A stretch of DNA of 64,000 nucleotides from Gemmatimonadales bacterium (lineage in GTDB: Bacteria; Gemmatimonadota; Gemmatimonadetes; Gemmatimonadales; GWC2-71-9). The DNA lies in the NCBI GenBank assembly GCA_046596135.1, contig JBKJMX010000060.1:2061-66060 (forward strand), in the 5' to 3' direction. The notes beneath the pieces are model-generated. The model did no database searches. It was not told where the DNA came from and saw only the letters and a list, made by a program, of their open reading frames with translations. Position numbers and translations under genes: made by a program. Positions 32,489 through 41,068 of the stretch are shown in pieces (within the stretch, counting starts at the first letter, position 1; the number at the start of each line of letters is the position of its first letter).

Positions 32489-34015
32489 TCACCAGTCGGT
32501 CGGGACGTAGTCCTTCAGGAACTGGCCCCACACGTGGGTCCCGGTGTTGATCCCGTCGACGATGGGATCGACGATGCGCGCTGCTCCATCGACAATGTCG
32601 AGTGGTGGGTGGAATCGGTGCTCCTCGACCTTCTTCGCGGCAAGTTCCACGGTGTCCTCGTCGGTCACCCACCCGGTGTCGACCGCGTTCATGTGGATGC
32701 CCGCCGCCTGATAGTCGGTGGCCGATGTGCGCGTCATCATGTTGAGCGCAGCCTTTGCCATGTTCGTGTGCGGGTGACGAGTTGTCTTGAACTTGCGGTA
32801 GAACTGCCCCTCGACCGCCGAGACATTGACGATGTGCATGTCACGCGCGCCCGACTTTGTCATCAGCGCTTTCAATCGTGCATTGATGATGAACGGCGCC
32901 ACCGCATTGACGAGTTGCACCTCGAGGAGCTCGACCGACGGGACATCTGCCATCAGCATGCGCCAGGAATTGCTGTCGCGCAGGTCCACCTGCTGGCGGT
33001 CCTGGTCAAGCCGACCGACCGGGAAGAGGTCACTCTGCCCTGCGTACTCCTCCAGCAACAGTGGAACCTGCGAGAGTTGCGCCGCATGGGTGAGCCCGAC
33101 CGCGGTGCGGGACACGCTGCCGGACTGCCCGTCAGTGAGCAGTTCCGGACGTCTCTCACCGTCCCAGGTGTCGACGAGCCGTCGCACGTGCGACGGCATC
33201 GTGCCGAGCGACGCGGCCTCGGCCTCCATCATGTGCCGGTAGAACTCTGGCGGCCGCCGCACGGTCTGGCAGGCGTTGTTGATGATGAAATCGAGGCGGT
33301 CGTGGGTGTCGATCAGGTGGCGGCAGAACTCCTCGACACTCGGGGTGTGCCGCAGGTCGAGACCGACGATCTCGAGTCGGTCACCCCATTCGGCAAAATC
33401 GTGCTCAGCAGCGTAGCGTGCTGCCGAGTCGCGCGGGAAACGCGTAGTCACGATGAGATGGGCACCGGAACGCAGCAGCTTGATGCCGGCCTGATAACCG
33501 ATCTTGACTCGTCCACCCGTCAGCAGCGCCACTCGGCCCTTGAGATCGGCAAGTTCGCCCCGCTTGCGAAAGTTCAACGCCGCACAAGTCGGGCAGAGCT
33601 GATCGTAGAAGTGATGTACCTGCGTGTAGTCCTGCTTGCAGACGTAGCAGTTCTGCGCGTCGCCGGTAATGCGCGCCTCGGCGTCGGTCTCAACATCCTG
33701 CTGCGAGAAATCACGGGGCGGGAAGACATTTGGCGTGGTGAACACGGTCTGGCGCCGCAGCGATCGGATTCCTGTTGCGGCGAGCACGTTTTCGATCTTC
33801 TGGACCCGTTCGGCCTTGTCGCGCCGCTGGCTGGCCTTGACGAGCTGACGGCGGGCATGCGCGTCGGGGCTGAACACTTTTCCGGCCACGTCCACGAGGC
33901 GCCGGCGATCGGCGTCGCCGAGCCGGAGCAGGAGCGCGCGGTCGTCCCGGATACGCTCAAGGAACGCGATGACCTGTTGGGTCTCGCTCGGGAATGGGTC
34001 GAGGGTATCCGTCAT
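32489..34015 (-). CDS. SDR-family oxidoreductase with an N-terminal extension of about 190 aa containing a CxxC...CxxC motif
   Basis: Track ORF trimmed to the ATG at 34015 (MTDTLDPFPSE...). The Zn-ribbon-like segment is CYVCKQDYTQVHHFYDQLCPTCAALNF. The Rossmann region is ALLTGGRVKIGYQAGIKLLRSGAHLIVTTR, followed by NNA and a Y...K catalytic region. Confidence 0.8.
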   Translation of the reverse strand: MTDTLDPFPSETQQVIAFLERIRDDRALLLRLGDADRRRLVDVAGKVFSPDAHARRQLVKASQRRDKAERVQKIENVLAATGIRSLRRQTVFTTPNVFPPRDFSQQDVETDAEARITGDAQNCYVCKQDYTQVHHFYDQLCPTCAALNFRKRGELADLKGRVALLTGGRVKIGYQAGIKLLRSGAHLIVTTRFPRDSAARYAAEHDFAEWGDRLEIVGLDLRHTPSVEEFCRHLIDTHDRLDFIINNACQTVRRPPEFYRHMMEAEAASLGTMPSHVRRLVDTWDGERRPELLTDGQSGSVSRTAVGLTHAAQLSQVPLLLEEYAGQSDLFPVGRLDQDRQQVDLRDSNSWRMLMADVPSVELLEVQLVNAVAPFIINARLKALMTKSGARDMHIVNVSAVEGQFYRKFKTTRHPHTNMAKAALNMMTRTSATDYQAAGIHMNAVDTGWVTDEDTVELAAKKVEEHRFHPPLDIVDGAARIVDPIVDGINTGTHVWGQFLKDYVPTDW

Positions 34016-34037
34016 GCACCAAAGGTAGTGGTGCAGG

Positions 34038-34077
34038 AAAACGGGGCCGACATCACCGATGCCGGCCCCCCTTTTTT
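34038..34077. terminator. bidirectional intrinsic-terminator-like hairpin
   Basis: AAAAC-GGGGCCG-A-CATC-ACC-GATG-C-CGGCCCC-CC-TTTTTT. The stem is 7+4 bp and is flanked by an A-run and a T-run. It lies 16 nt downstream of the stop of the Gly-zipper gene on the minus strand. Confidence 0.65.
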
Positions 34078-34092
34078 CCAGTCGCCGAACCG

Positions 34093-34599
34093 TTAGCGGC
34101 CGTCGCCGTCGGCGTCGCCCGGCATGGCTCGTTCGACGCGATGCCACGCGTCGCGGGTGGCATCCTTCGCCTCGTCCCACTTCATGTCCGCCGAGTGCTT
34201 GGTCTCTTCCCACTCGCGACGCACATCCGTCTCGGCTTCGTCGAAGTTGCGACCCTTGTGGCGCCCGTACGACTCCCAGCCGTGCCGGTAGGCGGGCTGG
34301 TAGGTGTCGTACGCAGCCGCACCCGCCGCGTACGGGCGGCTCTTGTAGTTGTCGCGCCAGTAGGCATCTTCGACGGTCGGGTCGATCGCCTCGGCGACTC
34401 CCTTGCCGGTGAGCCCGCCGATCACGGCGCCAACCGCTCCGCCGACGACGGCGCCAACCGGGCCGCCAACGACCGCACCCGCAGCGGCACCGGCCACTCC
34501 GCCGCCTGCAGCGCCAAGACCCGTCCCGACAGGGTGTGAGCCCGGCGTACCGGAAAGTGGATCGCGATTGGCGTCGGTCCCGCGAGTATGATCAGCCAT
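34093..34599 (-). CDS. glycine-zipper stress-type protein
   Basis: Track ORF trimmed to the ATG at 34599: MADHTRGTDANRDPLSGTPGSHPVGTGLGAAGGGVAGAAAGAVVGGPVGAVVGGAVGAVIGGLTG. The charged C-terminus is rich in W, Y, E and R. Confidence 0.7.
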   Translation of the reverse strand: MADHTRGTDANRDPLSGTPGSHPVGTGLGAAGGGVAGAAAGAVVGGPVGAVVGGAVGAVIGGLTGKGVAEAIDPTVEDAYWRDNYKSRPYAAGAAAYDTYQPAYRHGWESYGRHKGRNFDEAETDVRREWEETKHSADMKWDEAKDATRDAWHRVERAMPGDADGDGR

Positions 34600-34710
34600 C
34601 AGTACCTCCGAATTGAGAACGATGTTGATATTGCACGCTCGTAACCCTGAGCTACCCCGGGTGACGACACACTTAGGGTCGCATGCACGGGCATGGTTCA
34701 GCACCGCATT

Positions 34711-35541
34711 TCATTGGGCTGCGAGGTGATCCAGCAAGAGCGTGTTCACCGTCCCCTGCTGCAGGATGGGCAACGCGTGCGAGGCGTGCGGGATGACGAC
34801 GAATTGGCGGGCCCCGATCGCAGCCGCCAGGCGTTCGCCACTGACGGACGGCGCGAGCGGGTCATCGGCCCCGCTGATCACCAGCGAGGGCAAGCCGCGC
34901 AGCGACGTCAGATCTGACCCTGTGTGCGCGGCGAGGGCCCGAAATTGTGCACGGGCGACGGCTGGGCGGCGGCCGACGGGTCGGCCAAATTCGGCGGCCA
35001 GTCGCGCAGCGATGGCATCGATCCCCTCGCGGGCCAGCTCCTGTTCGCTCGCGAGCATCCGGGTCAACGCCCTGGTGCGAGCAGCCGGCGGGCCCACCAG
35101 TGCAGGCAGGCCATGGCGCCACAACCCCTGCCGAGGATGGAGCACATCCCGACCTCGGCGGAAGGTGCAGATCAGGGCGAGCGACCGGGCCCGGTCGGGA
35201 TGGCGCAGCGCCAGCTCGTGCGCGACGACGCCTCCCATCGAATGGCCGATGAGGTGCGCGCGGTCCCAACCCAGGGCATCAAGCAGGTCCAGTGCGTCGT
35301 CCACCAGCGACCCGATCGTCACGCGGTGATCGGGGGCCGGGGTGCTGCCGACGCCCCGGTTGTCGTACCAGGCGCAGGTATAGTATCGCGAGAGGACCCT
35401 CAGTTGCGGCATCCACGCTCGGCCCGCGAGGCCGAGGCCCTGCAGGAAGAGGACGCGCTCGCCAGAGCCGCTAGTGGCCGACGCCACGAGCCCGGGTTCC
35501 AGCGCCGCAGTGGGCGCCGCGAGATCGGTGGGTTGTGTCAT
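34711..35541 (-). CDS. alpha/beta-fold hydrolase
   Basis: 276 aa with the nucleophile elbow GHSMGG and the C-terminal His region IPHASHAL. Confidence 0.85.
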   Translation of the reverse strand: MTQPTDLAAPTAALEPGLVASATSGSGERVLFLQGLGLAGRAWMPQLRVLSRYYTCAWYDNRGVGSTPAPDHRVTIGSLVDDALDLLDALGWDRAHLIGHSMGGVVAHELALRHPDRARSLALICTFRRGRDVLHPRQGLWRHGLPALVGPPAARTRALTRMLASEQELAREGIDAIAARLAAEFGRPVGRRPAVARAQFRALAAHTGSDLTSLRGLPSLVISGADDPLAPSVSGERLAAAIGARQFVVIPHASHALPILQQGTVNTLLLDHLAAQ

Positions 35542-35600
35542 CTAGCTGGGAGGGTCCGTCTCCGTGGGCAGCAGGTCGTTTCCCTCACCGTGAGGTATCA

Positions 35601-35981
35601 ATGAGCATCTTCGGCAAGTTGCGCGACAAGATTTTCGGCAAGGACGATTTCAGCGACGTGTCGTCCGGATCAACCTCGGTCAACACCGCGCCGTCCTCCC
35701 CGCCGGCCGGCAGCGCCATCACCGAGCGGGATGTCGAGGCGCTCCTGGCGAAGCGCGCCGCGGCGGCATCGGAACCACTCAATTGGCGCACGTCGATTGT
35801 CGACCTGATGAAACTGGTCGACATGGACAGCAGCCTGTCGGAGCGGAAGGAACTCGCCACTGAACTGGGCTACACCGGCGACATGAACGACAGCGCAGCG
35901 ATGAACATCTGGTTGCACAAGCAGGTGATGCGGAAGCTTGCCGAGCACGGTGGGACGGTTCCGGCCGACCTGCTCGACTGA
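35601..35981 (+). CDS. DUF3597-like protein
   Basis: Track ORF trimmed to the ATG at 35601 (GAGG 6 nt upstream): MSIFGKLRDKIFGK...LNWRTSIVDLMKLVDMDSSLSERKELATELGYTGDMNDSAAMNIWLHKQVMRKLAEHGG. Confidence 0.75.
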   Translation: MSIFGKLRDKIFGKDDFSDVSSGSTSVNTAPSSPPAGSAITERDVEALLAKRAAAASEPLNWRTSIVDLMKLVDMDSSLSERKELATELGYTGDMNDSAAMNIWLHKQVMRKLAEHGGTVPADLLD

Positions 35982-36005
35982 CCTCAGCGGCACGGCGCTG
36001 TCCCG

Positions 36006-38165
36006 TCAGGGACGGCGCTCTCCGCCGTTGCCGCCCCCCCCAAAGATCTTCCGGAAGAGTCGGGATGCCCCGCGCCGTATCGCGTCGCCAAGGTTCCCCC
36101 CGTCGGTCGAGTCTCCAACTTCCATCTCGAAGCATGGTCGCTCGGGCGGCTCCGTGCCTACAAGAAAAATCTCCCTGGCGTCACACTCGGTGTAGAACCC
36201 CTCGTACCCCGCTGGCGCGCTCGCCTCGATGATACCTGGCGGTGGTTCGAACCGCGCAGTGTGGCCGGCCAGCGCGGTGGCGAGAAAGCGCGACACAATG
36301 GGCATCGCACCGGTGGCACCGGTGAGCCGAGTCGGAGTGGCGTCGTCACGACCGACCCAGACTCCCACCACAAGCTCCGGCGTGTAGGCAATGAGCCACG
36401 CGTCCTTCCAATCATTCGACGTTCCGGTTTTTGCGGCCAGCCCTCCGCGATACCGCCGTGCGGATATCCCGTACGCTGTGCCACGATTGACGACTCCCTC
36501 CAGGGCCGACGTGACCAGGTAGGCCACGGCCGGATCGAGCACCTGCGTGCCGGAATCCGCGAATGTCGCCGGGACCGGCTGGCCAACGGTGCTCACCCCC
36601 AGCACGGCCCGCGTGGGGGCGAGCCTGCCTTCCGCGGCGAGCACGCCGTAGGCTCGCACCAGCTCCAGCATCGTCACTTCGCCACTGCCCAGCGCGAGGC
36701 TTGGCACCGGGACCAGGTCGCTGATGATACCCAACCGGTGGGCCACAGCCACCAGGCGGTCCGACCCGACGACGAGACCCACCCGCGCGAACGGCACATT
36801 GAGCGACTGCTCCATCGCCCTGCGCAGGGTCACGGTCCCGTGATAGCTGCCGTCGTAATTCGACGGGGTCCAGATACCACCGGGGGTGCGCACACTGAGC
36901 GGCGCGTCATCGAGCCGTGAGGCCAGCGTGAAAGCCGGCACGCCGGCGGAATCGGGTTCGAGCGCGGCGACGGCGACGATCGGCTTGAAGGCGCTGCCAG
37001 GCTGTCGCCTTGCATCGACCGCGCGATTGAACTGCGTCGCGGCGTAGTCCCGCCCGCCCACCATGGCGAGGACTTCTCCCGTCCGAGGGTCGATCGCAAG
37101 GAGCGCCGCCTCCACGCCGCGCATCCGCGTTCCCCGCATGACCCCACGAATCGCCTCCTCGGCGGCCGCCTGGAGACGCGCGTCGAGCGTGGTATGGACG
37201 CTCGCTCCGCGCTGTGGGAGCCCGCGCGGCAAAATCTTCGCGACGTAGTCCCGGAAGTAGCGAGCGTCCGGTCCCGGCGCGGGATGCGCCTTGGACGACA
37301 CCCCCGTGCCGCGCGCGGAATCGGCTTCCGTCTGGGTGACCCTGCCCTGCGCCAGCATCAATTGGAGGACCAAGTCACGCCGCTGCTTCGCCGACTCAGG
37401 GTTCCGTGTGGGGGCGTGCCGATTCGGGGCGTGAATCATTCCCGCCAGCAGCGCCGACTCGGCGAGTGACAGGTCGCCGACATCCTTCCCGAAGTAGTAT
37501 CGCGCGCCCACGCCCATGCCGTGCAGCGCCCGTCCCCGTTCCTGCCCGAGGTAGATCTCGTTGAGATACGCCTCAAGAATCTCCGACTTGGGGTATCGCG
37601 CCTCGAGGACGGCGGCCATCGCTGCCTCGCGCAACTTACGGATCGGCGTGCGGTCGGCGGTGAGGAAAAGGTTCTTGGCGAGTTGCTGTGTGATCGTGCT
37701 GCCGCCCTCCGCAATACCGCCAGCGCGAACGTTCGCGAGGAGCGCCCCGCCGATGCGCCGCAGGTCGAGCCCGTCGTGCGCCAGGAATCGCTGGTCCTCG
37801 ACAGCGAGGACGGCGTCGATCAGGTTCTGCGGAACGTCGGCGAGCACCACAGGGAGGCGCTCCTCCCCAGGCCCACCGCCAACCTCACCGATCGGGACCC
37901 CGACTGTGGCTGTGGCCGCGTCGGGCGTCCCGCCCCATGCCACAGGGCGAGCATGAAACGCCGTGGGTACCCGGGCATCACGCGGGGCGAGTTTCGCCCG
38001 AACCAGCGCCTCGCCAACCAGCGCCGCCGTTGAAACCACCGCGACGATGACCACCGCGACGGCGATACGCCGCCAAGTGACGTGCCCGCGAGTCACTCCC
38101 CACCAGTGGCGGAACCGTTGGCGGGCGGCATCCAGCATTTCGCGTGAGCGCTGTGTGTTCATCAT
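36006..38165 (-). CDS. bifunctional penicillin-binding protein 1A (glycosyltransferase + transpeptidase)
   Basis: Track ORF trimmed to the ATG at 38165 (MMNTQRS...), followed by a TM anchor. GT51 motifs: AVEDQRFLAHDG, GGSTITQQLAKN. Transpeptidase motifs: SAFKP, SxN, KTGTSND. Confidence 0.93.
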   Translation of the reverse strand: MMNTQRSREMLDAARQRFRHWWGVTRGHVTWRRIAVAVVIVAVVSTAALVGEALVRAKLAPRDARVPTAFHARPVAWGGTPDAATATVGVPIGEVGGGPGEERLPVVLADVPQNLIDAVLAVEDQRFLAHDGLDLRRIGGALLANVRAGGIAEGGSTITQQLAKNLFLTADRTPIRKLREAAMAAVLEARYPKSEILEAYLNEIYLGQERGRALHGMGVGARYYFGKDVGDLSLAESALLAGMIHAPNRHAPTRNPESAKQRRDLVLQLMLAQGRVTQTEADSARGTGVSSKAHPAPGPDARYFRDYVAKILPRGLPQRGASVHTTLDARLQAAAEEAIRGVMRGTRMRGVEAALLAIDPRTGEVLAMVGGRDYAATQFNRAVDARRQPGSAFKPIVAVAALEPDSAGVPAFTLASRLDDAPLSVRTPGGIWTPSNYDGSYHGTVTLRRAMEQSLNVPFARVGLVVGSDRLVAVAHRLGIISDLVPVPSLALGSGEVTMLELVRAYGVLAAEGRLAPTRAVLGVSTVGQPVPATFADSGTQVLDPAVAYLVTSALEGVVNRGTAYGISARRYRGGLAAKTGTSNDWKDAWLIAYTPELVVGVWVGRDDATPTRLTGATGAMPIVSRFLATALAGHTARFEPPPGIIEASAPAGYEGFYTECDAREIFLVGTEPPERPCFEMEVGDSTDGGNLGDAIRRGASRLFRKIFGGGGNGGERRP

Positions 38166-38338
38166 TGGTCCCAACGCGGAGGAAGGCACCACGGTTTCAT
38201 CATGGAACCGCAAGAAAGACGGAGAACCGATGTTAAAGATGCACCAATCCAGTTGACGGGTGGTGGCGTAACAGAGGTGCAACACCAACCCGCGGCTCCC
38301 CGCTGCGGTCTGGATCCATCATTGCCGGGAGACAACGC

Positions 38339-39085
38339 ATGAAAAACTGGGTAGCTGCGCGGGTGCGACTCGTGCCCACGCTTGCGGCCATCGGTGCCGC
38401 CGTCGCGATCGTCGCGGTCGGCTCCGTTGTCGCATCAGACCACCAGGACACCCCCCTCGCTGAGTTCAATCCACAGTTCGATGTCAACGATGTCTACGCC
38501 TTCCCTGCGGCCACGCCGGGTCGGACCGTGCTCGTTCTCGGCACGTCTTCACCGATTACGCCGGCGCAGACGTCGTCGCGCGGGTTCGGCACCAAGAATG
38601 AAGTGCTCTACCAGCTCAAGATCGACAACACCGGTGACGCGGTCGAGGACCTCGTCCTCCAGTTCACGTTCACCGGCAACGCCAAGAACCAGCGCGTCTC
38701 GATGCAGGGGCCGGCCGCACCTGTTCGCACCGGCACCATGAGTGTCCTGATCAACGGCAAGAAGGATCTGGCCGGTCCGACCGGCCAGATTCTCGGCTCG
38801 GCGTCCGACGTGCAGCTCTTCGCTGGTCCGCGCGAGGATCCGTTCTTCATCGACCTCGAGCAGTTCTTCCGCATCATCCCGGATCGCAAGCCGGAAAGCG
38901 GCCCGCTGTCGCTGATTCCCGAGACACCGACCGCGTCATCATTCCGCGAGCCCGGTGCAGCGATTGACTACCTCCGGGGAATCAATGATCTCGCGATCGT
39001 CGTCGAGCTGCCGACCGCCATGCTGACCAACAACGGCCTGAACCCGCGCTTCGGCGTGTGGGGCACCACCAGCCGCCGCCGCTAG
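38339..39085 (+). CDS. DUF4331-family secreted protein (short form)
   Basis: Signal/TM MKNWVAARVRLVPTLAAIGAAVAIVAVGSVVA, then SDHQDTPLAEFNPQFDVNDVYAF, ...REDPFFIDL... and INDLAIVVELP. Confidence 0.75.
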   Translation: MKNWVAARVRLVPTLAAIGAAVAIVAVGSVVASDHQDTPLAEFNPQFDVNDVYAFPAATPGRTVLVLGTSSPITPAQTSSRGFGTKNEVLYQLKIDNTGDAVEDLVLQFTFTGNAKNQRVSMQGPAAPVRTGTMSVLINGKKDLAGPTGQILGSASDVQLFAGPREDPFFIDLEQFFRIIPDRKPESGPLSLIPETPTASSFREPGAAIDYLRGINDLAIVVELPTAMLTNNGLNPRFGVWGTTSRRR

Positions 39086-39129
39086 ACATGACCGCCACTC
39101 GATACTCACATGGGCAAGGAGCAACACAA

Positions 39130-39708
39130 ATGTGGAAGCAGAAAATTTGGGCGGGGGCCACAGTACTCGGGTTTGCGCTCGCCGCGGCAGGATGCGCGGA
39201 TGATGGCACCCAGGCCGGAGCACTGGCCTCCAGTTCGGCGTCGAAGAGCGACGACGGTGCGGTGTACGAGCAGGTCGAGTTCCTCGGCAATCCGCTGGTG
39301 AGCGAGGTCACGATCATGAAGGCGAACCACGACCTCTACAACCGGACGCAGCCGTACAACACCGCGACCTTCCTGCCGCAGACCGCGGCGTTCGTCACCA
39401 GCTTCGGTCGGCCGCTCTCCCTGGCGCAGACGCTCGGTAGCGTCCTGTACCCTGACATCCTCGTCGTGAACACCGCGCGGAATCCGTCGACGTCAGGCTG
39501 GCTGAGCTGGGCGCTGGCGGACGGTTGGGGTGGACGCAACCTGTCGGACGATGTCGTCGATCTCGGGTTGACCGCGATCTTCAGCTCGTTCCTCGAGCCG
39601 GCCGGGGCCCTGTGCGCGCCGTTCGAGCTGCCGCTCTGCACCGACAACGTCGACAACAACGACCGGCAGTTCAGCAACACGTTCCCGTACCTGGCGACGC
39701 CTCACTGA
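39130..39708 (+). CDS. DUF4331-like lipoprotein (resembles the C-terminal half of the family)
   Basis: Track ORF trimmed to the ATG at 39130 (AAGGAG upstream): MWKQKIWAGATVLGFALAAAGC. Then FLGNPLVSEV...HDLYNRTQPYN, YPDILVVN and WGGRNLSDDVVDLGLTAIF. Confidence 0.7.
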   Translation: MWKQKIWAGATVLGFALAAAGCADDGTQAGALASSSASKSDDGAVYEQVEFLGNPLVSEVTIMKANHDLYNRTQPYNTATFLPQTAAFVTSFGRPLSLAQTLGSVLYPDILVVNTARNPSTSGWLSWALADGWGGRNLSDDVVDLGLTAIFSSFLEPAGALCAPFELPLCTDNVDNNDRQFSNTFPYLATPH

Positions 39709-39719
39709 TCGCCATGGAT

Positions 39720-39755
39720 CCTTCCCGTCCGCCAACCGGCGGACGTGGAAGGTTT
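39720..39755. terminator. strong hairpin plus T-run between convergent genes
   Basis: CCTTCC-CGTCCGCC-AACC-GGCGGACG-(T)-GGAAGG followed by TTT. The stem is 14 bp with one bulge. It lies 12 nt after the DUF4331-like stop and 36 nt after the crcB stop on the other strand. Confidence 0.7.
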
Positions 39756-39787
39756 CCATCGCGCAGTAGTCGCGCGTTGAGAAGCAT

Positions 39788-40171
39788 TCAGCTCGAGGTG
39801 AGCAGCGCCGCACGATAGCCAAGCCAGACAGCACCCAACCCAAGCACCAGTTGCAACGCGATGTTCAGCGCCGCATCCCGCCACGCCCCCTCGCGTGCCA
39901 GAAACACCGTCTCGAACCCGAAGGCTGAAAAGGTGGTGAAACCGCCGAGCAATCCGGTGAACAGCAGCAGGCGGGCGCCGGGCGAAAACACATGCCGGGT
40001 CTCGGCGATCCCGGCGAGGAGCCCTATGGCGAGGCAACCGGTGACATTCACCGCCAGGGTTCCCAGTGGAAATCGGCTGGCGGCGGCGGCCTGAGTGACG
40101 AGGCCACCAAGCCAGTACCGAGTCACGGATCCGAGGAAACCGCCGCAGCCGACGAGCAGGAGGTTACGCAT
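39788..40171 (-). CDS. crcB: fluoride channel CrcB/FluC
   Basis: Track ORF trimmed to the ATG at 40171: MRNLLLVGCGGFLGSVTRYWL...FPLGTLAVNVTGCLAIGLL...GLLGGFTTFSAFGFE. It overlaps the upstream channel gene by 8 nt. Confidence 0.9.
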   Translation of the reverse strand: MRNLLLVGCGGFLGSVTRYWLGGLVTQAAAASRFPLGTLAVNVTGCLAIGLLAGIAETRHVFSPGARLLLFTGLLGGFTTFSAFGFETVFLAREGAWRDAALNIALQLVLGLGAVWLGYRAALLTSS

Positions 40172-41042
40172 CGATCGGCCCTGCTGGAGGCTCCGTGGGC
40201 GGGGCGGTGGCACCCGCCAGACGGGTCCCGCACCGCTTGCAATGCCGCGCATCCGCATCATGACCGGCGGCACCGCAGCCGCCGCACCGCAGCCGGTCGC
40301 GGTCACGGTTGCGGGTCAGTTCCACCGTCACGATTCCAGTTGGGACTGCGACGATGGCGTAACCCAGGAGCATGATCATCGACGCGAGGGCCTGGCCAAG
40401 GGCGGTTTCCGGCGCGATGTCGCCGTACCCCACTGTGGTGATCGTCACGATGGTCCAGTAGATCGACGCGGGAATGCTGCTGAACCCGTTGGTTCGCCCC
40501 TCCACGAAGTACATCGCGGCCCCGAAGATCACCGCAAGGACCAGGACGGTCGCAATGAAAATCGCAAGCTTGCGGCGGCTGTTGCGGATCGCCACCATGG
40601 GCGTGTCGGCTTCGCCAATGTATTCGGCGAGCTTGAGCACCCGGAAGACACGGAGCACCCGGAGAACCCGGATGACCTGTAGATACTGGCTGCCGGGCAG
40701 CAGGAGGCTGACGTAGGTCGGCAGGATGGAGGCCAGATCGACGAGGCCGAAGAAGCTCCGTGCGTACGACGCGGGTCGCGGCGCGCACACCAGTCGCAGC
40801 ACATACTCCACGGTGAACAGGGCGGTGAACAACCACTCGAGCGCATAGAGCGTCGTGCCGTACTCGGCGCGGATCGACGCGACGGAATCGAGCATCACCG
40901 CAATCACGCTGGCGATGATGCTGATGATCAGCGCCACGTCGAAATACTTTCCCGCGCGCGACTCGTGGCCGAAGATCACGTCGTGGAGCGTGACCCGCCA
41001 CGCCGGCCAGTGCGCCGGTGGTGCGTCTACGAGATTCCGCAT
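40164..41042 (-). CDS. voltage-gated-type (6TM) potassium channel with a C-terminal zinc-ribbon-like tail
   Basis: The S4 segment VIRVLRVLRVFRVLKL has Arg at every third residue. The selectivity filter is TTVGYGD. The C-terminal tail is RLRCGGCGAAGHDADARHCKRCGTRL. Confidence 0.88.
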   Translation of the reverse strand: MRNLVDAPPAHWPAWRVTLHDVIFGHESRAGKYFDVALIISIIASVIAVMLDSVASIRAEYGTTLYALEWLFTALFTVEYVLRLVCAPRPASYARSFFGLVDLASILPTYVSLLLPGSQYLQVIRVLRVLRVFRVLKLAEYIGEADTPMVAIRNSRRKLAIFIATVLVLAVIFGAAMYFVEGRTNGFSSIPASIYWTIVTITTVGYGDIAPETALGQALASMIMLLGYAIVAVPTGIVTVELTRNRDRDRLRCGGCGAAGHDADARHCKRCGTRLAGATAPPTEPPAGPIDA

Positions 41043-41068
41043 GACCCTCCCCGAGCCGGCACCATCAT

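Noticed and set aside
35583-35595. 13-bp perfect palindrome CCTCAC-C-GTGAGG covering the ribosome-binding site of the DUF3597 gene, which could be an RNA thermometer or SD-sequestering hairpin.
   Set aside because: As RNA it gives only a 5-bp stem with a 3-nt loop, and there is no supporting context. It is too weak to report as a finding.
40172-41068. Expected fluoride riboswitch upstream of crcB.
   Set aside because: crcB overlaps the upstream K+ channel gene by 8 nt, and only 26 bp separate that gene from mscS. I saw no crcB-motif-like sequence. This still needs an Rfam scan.
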